From the NCBI GenBank assembly GCA_043804895.1, contig JAZDIN010000017.1:1-25574 (forward strand): a DNA stretch of 25,574 bases, given 5' to 3'. This document shows positions 1-8,149 of the stretch, piece after piece. A program made the position numbers and the translations under genes. Source of the stretch: Candidatus Altiarchaeota archaeon. Its GTDB lineage: Archaea; Altiarchaeota; Altiarchaeia; IMC4; SCGC-AAA252-I15. Below the pieces are notes generated by a model that ran no database searches, was not told the origin of the DNA, and saw only the letters and a list, made by a program, of their open reading frames with translations. Numbering within the stretch: position 1 is the first letter of the stretch; each line of letters starts with the position of its first letter.

Positions 1-72
1 ATTCAATACTACATCCTTTCAGACGCTTCTTTACCAGCCAATAACGCTGGTCAACTGACAGTACAACCATAA

Positions 73-138
73 ACTATCCCTCCTGAGTTATCAACATTGT
101 TAACCAACTTAACAATGTCGGACATCAGGTGGGATAGT
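73..138. repeat. Long imperfect inverted repeat / stem-loop
   Basis: ACTATCCC(73-80)/GGGATAGT(131-138), CCTGA(82-86)/TCAGG(125-129) and ACATTGTTAA(94-103)/TTAACAATGT(109-118) close a CCAAC loop; lies downstream of the tiaS stop. Confidence 0.75.
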
Positions 139-205
139 ACATGAAAAGCCAAGGGAGCTTACAAAGGGTGAGAAGATTGAGAGGCTCATTGGCGAGTACG
201 ATTCC

Positions 206-1432
206 TCAAGGGATTGAGGATCCTTGCATGAAGGCTGGTTTGCTGAGGTGTCTTCTTGAGCCTGGAGGGGCATCATATATGCCTGGCATCAATTCTCTAA
301 CTTTTTGACTTATTTTTGTTTTTTCCTGACTTACTTTTTTATGGCATTTTCTGCACTTGTAACCCTTATCCTTTCCAGAGGAAGTCATCCTTTTACCACA
401 GCACAACGGCGGCTCCCTTTGAGTTAGTTCAGCAAGGGATTTGACTTCAATCTTCTCAAGGTTGATTGTGCCAGGATATTTTCCTACCCCCCCGCATGCT
501 AGTACACGGTCCCCAGGCAGGAGCAGTCCGACAGCCTTCCTGAACACACCGGAAGGTTTATATGCAGCGCAGTCTATCGAACCTGAACCATCCTTTAACG
601 TGAAAATGACATGGCCGCCAGGTAAAATCTTAGGCTTAGAAGACACGACACCATCCACGATAACGCAATCATAAGACCTTATTTTTGATATCTCCTTCCT
701 TCTTAGGTGGGCGTCTGTGGCTTGGTTTGTCTCGAAGAGTTGTGTGCATTCTATGTCCTCTAGAGGTCTTACCATATTCCATGCCGCAAGGACGTCGTGT
801 TCGGTGACTCCCCTGATGCCACAGAATATGGGATCACGCCCTTTAGGGGTTATTAGTATCCGCCTTTTTTTGGCGTCTAGGTTATCAAATACTCGCGGGT
901 ACATGGAAATATCCATGTCAACCACAGACTGTCTATCTATCCTGCGTGGCTTACCGTAGTTCTCAGGCCTGCGGTAGGCTATGAGTTCGTAAGTTCTGTC
1001 TCCGTTTAACCCCAACGCCGCCAAGGCACCGATGATGCCCCTCCCATTTTTGAACTTATGTATAGTTACGTTAGCTGAGGGGGCGACTTTCTCAGCTTCC
1101 TCGATGGAGACTAGCTCAGAAACTGCCTTCCTGTAGAATCTGTTAAGTTGCTCAGGAATTTTATCAGATTCTAGGAATGCGACACCTGGATTCGTGTTCT
1201 CATCAGTTAGCATGGAGTATTCTTTCACGTAGGATAAGACGACCTTTTCAGCATCCTCGGCTTCTGTTTCGAATGCTATTGCTCCGTTCCCTCTTGTCTT
1301 ATATGGTATGTTAGGGTTGAGTCTCACTAGTTTTGGAGTTTTTTTTACGTTCAACCGCTGACATAGCTTGGCTGCTAGGTATGTTGTGCACATCCCGGTG
1401 TTAGAGTCTGTGTCGTCTATTCCGATTAACAT
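206..1432 (-). CDS. tiaS: tRNA(Ile2) agmatinylcytidine synthase
   Basis: N-terminal IGIDDTDS..GMCTTY; LVRLNPNIPYKTRGNGA; GRGIIGALAA; FETNQATDAH; OB fold (GGHVIF); C-terminal Zn ribbon and RRHLSKP. Confidence 0.96.
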   Translation of the reverse strand: MLIGIDDTDSNTGMCTTYLAAKLCQRLNVKKTPKLVRLNPNIPYKTRGNGAIAFETEAEDAEKVVLSYVKEYSMLTDENTNPGVAFLESDKIPEQLNRFYRKAVSELVSIEEAEKVAPSANVTIHKFKNGRGIIGALAALGLNGDRTYELIAYRRPENYGKPRRIDRQSVVDMDISMYPRVFDNLDAKKRRILITPKGRDPIFCGIRGVTEHDVLAAWNMVRPLEDIECTQLFETNQATDAHLRRKEISKIRSYDCVIVDGVVSSKPKILPGGHVIFTLKDGSGSIDCAAYKPSGVFRKAVGLLLPGDRVLACGGVGKYPGTINLEKIEVKSLAELTQREPPLCCGKRMTSSGKDKGYKCRKCHKKVSQEKTKISQKVRELMPGIYDAPPGSRRHLSKPAFMQGSSIP

Positions 1433-1470
1433 TTTAGTCTAGTATATATGTGCTGTAGGAATTAAATGAG

Positions 1471-1557
1471 GAGTGTGACTTATTTTTGTGATTTATTTAT
1501 TTAGTAAGTCATGAAAGTATGTCATGAAATATTTGGTGACTTATTTTCATGACTTAT
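1471..1557. repeat. AT-rich array of six 13-bp iteron-like repeats (consensus TTTCATGACTTAT) in three tandem pairs
   Basis: TGAC/TTTA cores at 1476 and 1489 (forward); GTAAGTCATGAAA 1504-1516 and GTATGTCATGAAA 1517-1529 (reverse); TTTGGTGACTTAT 1532-1544 and TTTCATGACTTAT 1545-1557 (forward); exact 13-bp spacing within each pair. Confidence 0.85.
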
Positions 1558-1613
1558 ATTATGTGGTTTTTTCATGTTTTTAAAAGATTAAACTAAAGTA
1601 TTTGTCAGACACA

Positions 1614-2759
1614 ATGAACCGAGAAGAATATTACACAAAGCTAGGGTGGAGAAAAAGCCCTTTCATAAAGTCCACATCCCTTGAGATACCAATAATAAAC
1701 AGGGTAAAGGAGTATGAGGCAGTGTGTGAATGCATAGGCGGGTGGGATAGGATAATGCTTATCACAGCCCCGATAGGCTACGGTAAAACGACGTTCATGA
1801 ACCAGTTAGTCATGAACAAGCCGAGGGGAGTGAGATATGCCATAGCCTTCAACGCATACGAACCTGTAGAAGAGGCCATGCCCAGGATAAAGAACGAGCT
1901 TTCTCTCATCAAAAGGCTGTTCTACAAGGCAGACAGGACAACGTTCGGGGAGATATTGCAGGAGAAGTTGGGGGAGGAGAAGATGCTCTTATTATTTGAC
2001 GAAGCCCAAGACTATGAGACAGACCTGTTCAAATGGCTAAGGATATTGAACGACCGCTGCAATAACCTTTTTATGGTATTTTTAGGCCTCCAGGGGCTTG
2101 AAGACAAGATAACGTCCGAGGCGAGTTTCAGGGACAGAAAGTCTAAATCCATAGTCCTGAGGCCTTTTGAGGTTGAGGAGTTGGAGGCGATTGCCAGGGA
2201 GAGGATACGGTGGGCTGGGGGGAAAGGCATTAAGCCATTCACTGAAGACGGGCTTAGGAGGCTTTGTGAGTCATGCGACCATGTTCCGAGGCAGCTTCTT
2301 GAGAATGGGCAGAGGGTGATTGAGGAGTGCGCAGGGAGGGGGTTTTTTTCTGCTGACGCTAATCTTGTTGAGGATGTGTTGGGGGGGCTAAGCCAGAAGA
2401 CGGTTAAAAAACAGGTTATAGAAGCTCCTGTTGAGGTTATGGGAGGGGACAACAGTGTTGTTGGGGGGGGTTATGGTTTTATGAAGGACCTTTCACCCAC
2501 CCAGCAGGAGATTGTGACGTTTCTTTTAGAGCGAGAATCTATGAGCATATCTGAGCTTAGCGATAGGCTGAAGAAGGACATAAGGAGCATTGGGTCGTTG
2601 ATACGCAAGCTTAGGGGTTTAAACCCTTCTGAAGTAGATAGAAAGCCTGGCGTACCTTATCCAGTGATAGTCAGAAAGGGGAAGGAAGTTCGTATGGGGC
2701 GGTTGCAGTATGTTTATGCGCTTTCTGATAATGCAAGGCGATTGTCTGCTAGGAAGTGA
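1614..2759 (+). CDS. AAA+ ATPase (ExeA/AAA_22-like) with C-terminal winged helix-turn-helix
   Basis: N-terminal YYTKLGWRKSPF; Walker A APIGYGKTT; Walker B LLLFDEAQ; ExeA-like LRPF..E....RIRWAG...PFT..........VPR; C-terminal LSPTQQEIVTFLLERESMSISELSDRL (HTH) plus wing ..QYVYAL. ATG 1614 preferred over TTG 1602. Confidence 0.8.
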   Translation: MNREEYYTKLGWRKSPFIKSTSLEIPIINRVKEYEAVCECIGGWDRIMLITAPIGYGKTTFMNQLVMNKPRGVRYAIAFNAYEPVEEAMPRIKNELSLIKRLFYKADRTTFGEILQEKLGEEKMLLLFDEAQDYETDLFKWLRILNDRCNNLFMVFLGLQGLEDKITSEASFRDRKSKSIVLRPFEVEELEAIARERIRWAGGKGIKPFTEDGLRRLCESCDHVPRQLLENGQRVIEECAGRGFFSADANLVEDVLGGLSQKTVKKQVIEAPVEVMGGDNSVVGGGYGFMKDLSPTQQEIVTFLLERESMSISELSDRLKKDIRSIGSLIRKLRGLNPSEVDRKPGVPYPVIVRKGKEVRMGRLQYVYALSDNARRLSARK

Positions 2760-2878
2760 TTTTTAGAATAGGGCTTATAAGTGGCTCTAGCCAACTCTCA
2801 CATACCTGGAATTTTTATATCTGTAGGATATATATATAGACATATGTTAGATATATTAAGATTATCTAGGGATGGGCT

Positions 2879-3040
2879 ATGAGTAAGAAGATACTAGTGA
2901 CTCTGACAGACGAACAACACGTAAAATTACAGAAGTCAACAGCACTCGGAGAGACAGACGCTGAAAGACTAAGGAACAGTTTCCTAATATATGACAACCT
3001 AAAAGACTTGCTTGAAGTCATAAAGAAGCTTAAAGAATAG
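2879..3040 (+). CDS. Small ribbon-helix-helix (CopG-like) DNA-binding protein, 53 aa (not in ORF track)
   Basis: Manual translation MSKKILVTLTDEQHVKLQKSTALGETDAERLRNSFLIYDNLKDLLEVIKKLKE; alternating beta strand KILVTL, then TDEQ helix and GETDAE..RN, typical of archaeal CopG-like RHH proteins; fills the intergenic gap. Confidence 0.75.
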   Translation: MSKKILVTLTDEQHVKLQKSTALGETDAERLRNSFLIYDNLKDLLEVIKKLKE

Positions 3041-3049
3041 GAAAGTAAG

Positions 3050-4357
3050 TCACGGATTTAGGTCAAGTACTTTCTCAGAGGCGATACTCCCAGCAGTAAT
3101 CTCGCCAGTAACATTCTCCAACATGAGACTCTTAGCCCCCTCAAGACCCTTAGCTTTACCCAAAGCCCACATCAACTTGACATACGCCGTCTCAGGAAGC
3201 ATATCCTCACAATAGACGACACCCCTCAAAGACACCTCCCTGAGATTGCTGTACACATGCGGATTCACCCTGCCGAACAAACACTGAGTCGTCATGGCAA
3301 CCAATATACCAGAACCAACCATCTTCTCAATTGCAGGCAGGAGGGAGGTTTCCTTGATATTGGTCGGGACGTGACCTAATGCAGTACCCTCAAGGACAAC
3401 ACCGCTAACACCTTTACCCATATAGTAGTCGAATACGCCAGGGTCCATGCCAGGATACACTTTCACAAGAGCAACCCTCTCATCAAGTCTGGAATCGACT
3501 GTGACCTTAGAATCAGATCGCTTAGGCAGGCTATGAGTCAGCCAATCAACACGGCCGTCAGGGTGTATCCTAGCAGCCGGTGAAGCATTTACAGACAGGA
3601 ATGCATCACGTCTTGTGGTGTGCATCTTCCTAACCTTTGTGCCCACATGCGCCAGACAGAAGTTGTCTGACATGCTACCGTGCATGACAAGGTATACGCC
3701 TGCGACGTCTGAGCTGGCGAATGTGACAGAGGAGTAGAGGTTCAAGAAGGAGTCTGCTGACCCCCTGTCCGTTGACCTCTGGGCTCCTGTGAGCACGACA
3801 GGCTTCCCCAACCCCCTTAAAAGGAAGGATAACGCAGCAGAGGAGTAGTGCATAGTGTCTGTGCCATGGGTGACGACAACGCCCGAAGCGCCAGAGTTGA
3901 GCTCCCTAGCGACTGCTTCAGCGATTTTGACCCATAATTTGGGATTCATGTCCTCGCTCATCACGTTTAACACAGACTCAACCTTTATGTTAGCGATGTC
4001 ACTGAGCTCTGGCATCATCTCCAGAAGCTTATCAGCAGTGGATGAAGCGTGGACGCCGCCAGTCTGATAGTCTATCCTAGAGGATATCGTCCCGCCAGTG
4101 GACAGGATTGCTACGAGAGGTTTGGACTTGTCCTGGGGGGGGTTGGAAGTGACAGCCTGCTTGACTCTCTCAGGCCCCCCTAAAGCTTTAACAGACTCTA
4201 TCTTTGACTTAGGAAGCCCTATATCATAGCCGCTGTCAAGTTTCAGGGTAATGCGATCACTATCAGCCGAATCAGGGCGCGGCATTAAAATGCCAAAATA
4301 CGTTTTGCCTTCGAATCTGACCTCTACCTTGTCCCCTGGCTTAGCCACACCAACCAT
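3050..4357 (-). CDS. gatD: Glu-tRNA(Gln) amidotransferase subunit D
   Basis: N-terminal KLDSGYDIG domain; STGGTISSRIDYQTG; HGTDTM; GAQRSTDRGS; RKMHTTRRDAF; DMLPETAYVKLMWALG. Confidence 0.96.
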   Translation of the reverse strand: MVGVAKPGDKVEVRFEGKTYFGILMPRPDSADSDRITLKLDSGYDIGLPKSKIESVKALGGPERVKQAVTSNPPQDKSKPLVAILSTGGTISSRIDYQTGGVHASSTADKLLEMMPELSDIANIKVESVLNVMSEDMNPKLWVKIAEAVARELNSGASGVVVTHGTDTMHYSSAALSFLLRGLGKPVVLTGAQRSTDRGSADSFLNLYSSVTFASSDVAGVYLVMHGSMSDNFCLAHVGTKVRKMHTTRRDAFLSVNASPAARIHPDGRVDWLTHSLPKRSDSKVTVDSRLDERVALVKVYPGMDPGVFDYYMGKGVSGVVLEGTALGHVPTNIKETSLLPAIEKMVGSGILVAMTTQCLFGRVNPHVYSNLREVSLRGVVYCEDMLPETAYVKLMWALGKAKGLEGAKSLMLENVTGEITAGSIASEKVLDLNP

Positions 4358-4498
4358 CTTCTGAAACCCTTGATTAAATCATCGTCAAGGCCGATTAAAT
4401 ATACCTGGAAGGAAGGACCTTCTGGTTGGTTAAATCGCCCTTTAGGACAGTAATATCAGACGTTTGATTCTTATAGTGTTGTTGCATATAATTAGACC

Positions 4499-4657
4499 AT
4501 GGTTAAGAAGTGCAGTACCTGCGGGAAGGAGGCTATTTTCAGGTACAGTGAATTCACATGCCCAAGCTGCGGGGGGGAGAAGATTGTGAGGTGTGAGTCG
4601 TGCAGGACGCTCGCAGCCAAGTACACTTGCAGTAAATGCGGCTTCAGCGGGCCTTAA
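4499..4657 (+). CDS. Small Zn-finger protein, HVO_2753/DUF1610-like, 52 aa (not in ORF track)
   Basis: MVKKCSTCGKEAIFRYSEFTCPSCGGEKIVRCESCRTLAAKYTCSKCGFSGP: four CxxC motifs with F-CP-CG, RC--CR and C-terminal CGFxGP signature. Confidence 0.9.
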   Translation: MVKKCSTCGKEAIFRYSEFTCPSCGGEKIVRCESCRTLAAKYTCSKCGFSGP

Positions 4658-4660
4658 GGG

Positions 4661-5236
4661 ATGAGGGTTATAAGGGCGGATCCGGTTGATTCTGATGATA
4701 CCGCCATATTGGAGGCTGCTAGTGTTGTTTTAGGTGGCGGCGTTATCGTTTATCCTACTGATACTGTTTATGGGATAGGGTGTGTTCTTGGGGAGTTGGC
4801 TGTTAGGAGAGTTTATGCCATCAAAGGGAGAGGCTCAGTCTCTCCGTTGAGTGTGGCGTTTTCGAGCGTCGAGGAAGTTAGGCACTACACCAATATGACA
4901 CGAAAGCAGGAGGAGTACGTCAGAAAGGAGCATACGAATGGGATGACATTCATCCTTGAGAAGAAGGAAATCCCGGATTATGTGACTGCAGGACTAAAGA
5001 CTGTCGGGGTCAGGATACTGGACAATAACGTATGCCGGAAGCTCATACAAAGAACTGGCCCCCTGATTACGACAAGCGCTAACCTGTCTGGTGGTAGGGC
5101 CCCGACAAGGGTTGAGGAGATTGACAGAGAAGTAGCTGAGAACGTCGACCTGATACTTGACGGAGGGCCGTGCAAAATAGGCAGGCCATCGAGGGTAATA
5201 GACCTCACCCGAGGATATGGGGTCCTCCGGGATTAA
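4661..5236 (+). CDS. tsaC: Threonylcarbamoyl-AMP synthase (single-domain TsaC/YrdC form)
   Basis: YPTDTVYGIG, IKGR, TTSANLSG and PSRVIDL motifs; no Sua5 C-terminal domain. Confidence 0.92.
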   Translation: MRVIRADPVDSDDTAILEAASVVLGGGVIVYPTDTVYGIGCVLGELAVRRVYAIKGRGSVSPLSVAFSSVEEVRHYTNMTRKQEEYVRKEHTNGMTFILEKKEIPDYVTAGLKTVGVRILDNNVCRKLIQRTGPLITTSANLSGGRAPTRVEEIDREVAENVDLILDGGPCKIGRPSRVIDLTRGYGVLRD

Positions 5237-5318
5237 GCCTGCACTTGCGAGACTTTATGTCAAATGCTATGCAGGACGAATTGCACACCCGACCGGCAGT
5301 GATGTTGCATTTGTCCAT
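5205..5318 (-). CDS. Putative 37-aa Cys-rich microprotein (not in ORF track)
   Basis: MDKCNITAGRVCNSSCIAFDIKSRKCRLNPGGPHILG; ATG 12 nt after the nadC stop on the same strand; four Cys; overlaps the tsaC 3' end. Confidence 0.4.
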   Translation of the reverse strand: MDKCNITAGRVCNSSCIAFDIKSRKCRLNPGGPHILG

Positions 5319-5330
5319 TTACCGTATTTA

Positions 5331-6182
5331 TTAGTTGATGCTCTTTAAAACCTCAAGGCTGAAATCCAAAGCCTCAGCAGAATGAGTCAGTCGCCCAACA
5401 GAAATCCAATCAACGCCAGTCATGCCGTATGCGCCGAGGTTATCCAAAGTCACGCCCCCGGAGGCCTCAAGAAGCACTCTACGCCGTAATCCCTTTTTCT
5501 CAAGCAACGCCACAGACTTCCTGATGCTACTTGGCTGCATGTTGTCGAACATTAGTATATCAGCCCCGGACTTCGCTGCCGCCAATGCATCCTTGACTGA
5601 GGCTACCTCGATTTCCACCTTATACTTTTTCTTAGCATTGCTTGCAGCATCCAACGCGCGCCTCACATCACAGTCGAACAACCTAAGGTGGTTGTCTTTT
5701 ATCAGCACCATGTCGTATAGGCCCATCCTATGCGGCAGTCCGCCGCCTAAGACGACCGCCCTCTTCTCAAAGTATCTGAATCCTGGAGTCGTCTTCCGGG
5801 TTGCGGCGACCTTGGCCTTGGAGCCTGCCTTACGCAACTTATCGGCGTACTTTCTCGTCAGTGTCGTTATTCCACTCATCCTAGAGAGGATGTTCAACGC
5901 AGTCCTCTCAACAGAGAGTATGTCCCTAGCCCTGCCCTCTAACGTTAAAACCACTCGACCACGCCGCACCACCCCCCCATCCTTGACATGCGAGCGGACC
6001 TGGATATGATGGGTTTTGAACAAAATCTGAAGCTCATGGACTCCGGACACGAAACCAGACGAGTTAGATATGATGACAGCCTTCACGCGCTTGTTAGGAG
6101 TGAAAGAGGAACTCACGTCACCACTGCCAACGTCCTCACGCAACATAACCTCAACGCGCTTCCCAAGCCCACGGTCATCCAT
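5331..6182 (-). CDS. nadC: Nicotinate-nucleotide pyrophosphorylase (quinolinate phosphoribosyltransferase)
   Basis: EDVGSGDVS, ERTALN, TRKTTPG, HRMGLYDMVLIKDNH, EASGG, LTHSA. Confidence 0.96.
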   Translation of the reverse strand: MDDRGLGKRVEVMLREDVGSGDVSSSFTPNKRVKAVIISNSSGFVSGVHELQILFKTHHIQVRSHVKDGGVVRRGRVVLTLEGRARDILSVERTALNILSRMSGITTLTRKYADKLRKAGSKAKVAATRKTTPGFRYFEKRAVVLGGGLPHRMGLYDMVLIKDNHLRLFDCDVRRALDAASNAKKKYKVEIEVASVKDALAAAKSGADILMFDNMQPSSIRKSVALLEKKGLRRRVLLEASGGVTLDNLGAYGMTGVDWISVGRLTHSAEALDFSLEVLKSIN

Positions 6183-6197
6183 GACTTATTAGAAATC

Positions 6198-6294
6198 AAT
6201 GACCACAGCCTTTAGGCTGTGGTATGATCCTGGTAGAGCAGAAGGAGTATATAAGCATTCATCCACAGTCTAAAAACTATGGTCTTCTGCTCTA
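6198..6294. mobile_element. IS200/IS605-like palindromic end remnant (MITE-like)
   Basis: Perfect hairpin ACCACAGCC-TTTA-GGCTGTGGT (6202-6223); degenerate copy CCACAGTC-TAAA-AACTATGG (6263-6282) nested in inverted repeat TAGAGCAGAAG (6234-6244)/CTTCTGCTCTA (6284-6294); resembles recalled subterminal hairpins of tnpB-type elements. Confidence 0.5.
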
Positions 6295-6309
6295 TCTTGG
6301 ATAAAGAGC

Positions 6310-6579
6310 CTATCGCTCGGATGATTTCCTAGTCGCTGGAGGCTTCTGAACGAGTATTATGTCCCCGACCTCAACAACCTCGTCGTAGCTGATGCTGTCC
6401 TCCTGCAGTACCTTCCTAACATCGTCACTGGAAAGGCCTCCACCCCTGAAGGATTTCAGGCAAAGGCGCATTATCTCGCCTTTGTCGAGGTTCAAGATGA
6501 CATCCTCGACTTTGCCGACATACATCGCCTTAACAGTATAAATGTCCATTCCATATAATTCTGACAGTCGTTTGCTCAT
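6310..6579 (-). CDS. PRC-barrel domain protein (possibly CdpB-like cell division protein)
   Basis: RLSELYGMDIYT..AMYVGKVEDVILN...ISYDEVVEVGDIILV PRC-barrel pattern; ATG 6579 with GGTGTGAT upstream. Confidence 0.85.
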   Translation of the reverse strand: MSKRLSELYGMDIYTVKAMYVGKVEDVILNLDKGEIMRLCLKSFRGGGLSSDDVRKVLQEDSISYDEVVEVGDIILVQKPPATRKSSER

Positions 6580-6782
6580 TGTAATCACACCGGGCACTGG
6601 TAAACTAATAACTAATAATATGAAGACAACTTAAAAAGGGATAGTATCCGTTGTGGCTTTGAATATGTGGGGATTGCCAGGCTAGTTGGGTGCCAACGAC
6701 GCTAGGGGGGTGGGGGGGCAGTTCCAGTATTCGCGCAGTATTGTGGATGATTTATAGTGTATGAGACATATTCCTTACCAGG

Positions 6783-7823
6783 ATGGCAGCACCAATAGAC
6801 CTTGAGACTATGCTCTTTATCCTGATAGCAGTGGTTATGGCAGTCCTAACCTTGAAGTCGATAGTCATAATACGACCATTCGAACGCGGCATCGTAGAGC
6901 GCCTGGGCCGCTACAGCAGGACCGTCGGGGCAGGGGTGAACATAATACTCCCGTTCATGGAGAACATATATCGCATTGACATGAGAGAGGCGTTGATTGA
7001 CATACCAACCCAGGAGGTCATCACAAAAGACAACGTACGTCTCACTGTTGACGCAGTCATCTACTTCAAGGTTATTGACCCGTTCAGAGTTATGTACAAC
7101 GTCGCGATGTTCGAGGATGCGATAAGCAAGCTAGCTTACACTAACCTAAGGAATATAATGGGGGAGATGGTCTTCGACCAGGTGTTGGCGAGTAGGGATA
7201 AGATAAATGTGGAGCTGCGGAAGATATTGGATGAGATAACAGACCGGTGGGGTGTGCGCGTTACGAGGGTTGAAATCCAGGACATACTACCCCCCCAAGA
7301 CATTGTCGAGGCTATGGGCAGGCAGATGAAAGCGGAACGAAGTAAGAGGGCGACTATACTCGAGGCTGAGGGGGTGAAACAGGCGGCGATACTTAGGGCT
7401 GAGGGTGAGAAGGAAGCAGATATACTTTCAGCGCAGGGTGAAGCCCAGGCCATAGAGACTGTCGCGGATGCTGAGCGGAAGAAGAAGGTGTTGTTGAGCG
7501 AAGGCGAAGCCAGGGCCATATCGAAGGTGTTCAATGCGATACATGAGGGTAAGGCAACTAAGGAAATACTGATGATAAAGTACTTGGAAGCCTTGGAGAA
7601 GATGGCTGATGGCAAGGCGACGAAGATTTTCATGCCTGTTGAGACGAGTGGGATGTTAAGTGGCGCGGCAGCATTAGGGGAGATGTTAAGAGGGGAGAGG
7701 GATGAGCCTAGGAAGCTTGAGGGGCCAAGCCTACAGTCTGCAGGCAGTGATGAGAGGGGGGGTGAGGAGGGGGATGGGGTTCTATTTAGTGGTAAGAAGG
7801 GGGATAAGAGGGGTAAAAGTTAG
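6783..7823 (+). CDS. SPFH/band 7 (stomatin/QmcA-like) membrane protein
   Basis: N-terminal TM segment; VERLGRY; QEVITKDNV; WGVRVTRVEI; QMKAER.KRA.ILEAEG coiled coil; YLEAL. Confidence 0.93.
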   Translation: MAAPIDLETMLFILIAVVMAVLTLKSIVIIRPFERGIVERLGRYSRTVGAGVNIILPFMENIYRIDMREALIDIPTQEVITKDNVRLTVDAVIYFKVIDPFRVMYNVAMFEDAISKLAYTNLRNIMGEMVFDQVLASRDKINVELRKILDEITDRWGVRVTRVEIQDILPPQDIVEAMGRQMKAERSKRATILEAEGVKQAAILRAEGEKEADILSAQGEAQAIETVADAERKKKVLLSEGEARAISKVFNAIHEGKATKEILMIKYLEALEKMADGKATKIFMPVETSGMLSGAAALGEMLRGERDEPRKLEGPSLQSAGSDERGGEEGDGVLFSGKKGDKRGKS

Positions 7824-7831
7824 GCACTACA
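7818..7831 (+). repeat. Dispersed 14-bp repeat AGTTAGGCACTACA (copy 1)
   Basis: Exact reverse complement of the copies at 13167 and 22276; supplies the SPFH TAG stop. Confidence 0.85.
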
Positions 7832-8146
7832 TCATTTCTTGAAGAATAAGGAGAGGACCTCTTTCATATCCTCCTGGCTCAAGTTCTGCCTTTCAAGTGA
7901 TTTTTTAACCATTAGGTAATCCTTCATAGTTTTCAGGGCATTCTTCTCAAGAGGTTGTGTTATGTTAGCGCGGGTGTATAAGAGAACATCCTCGATCAAC
8001 CCCGACTTGAGATGCCCCAACAGGTTGTCACAGTCGTGTGGGTTTAGCACGGTCTCGTCGCGCAATTGCATGATTATGGATGAGACACTAGCGTATGCCT
8101 TCACCAACTCGGAGAGGTCTGCTTTGATGTTCTCGCGTGAGTCCAT
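7832..8146 (-). CDS. Hypothetical helical protein
   Basis: 104-aa ORF starting 3 nt after the ferredoxin stop; no family recognised. Confidence 0.7.
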   Translation of the reverse strand: MDSRENIKADLSELVKAYASVSSIIMQLRDETVLNPHDCDNLLGHLKSGLIEDVLLYTRANITQPLEKNALKTMKDYLMVKKSLERQNLSQEDMKEVLSLFFKK

Positions 8147-8149
8147 TAT

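Noticed and set aside
113-217. Protein-like open frame (..HEKPRELTKGEKIERLIGEYDSSRD) on the + strand
   Set aside because: No start codon and interrupted by stops upstream; cannot be supported as a gene or pseudogene.
302-340. TGACTTA cores inside tiaS (and CATGACTTATT at the nadC start, 6180-6190)
   Set aside because: Explainable by coding sequence or chance; they lack the 13-bp paired spacing.
1471-1557. CRISPR array or canonical ORB elements
   Set aside because: Units are only 13 bp with no unique spacers and mixed orientation; no ORB-type consensus or G-string.
4358-4498. Weak hairpins in the gatD/Zn-finger divergent gap
   Set aside because: Short, imperfect stems consistent with chance in a promoter region.
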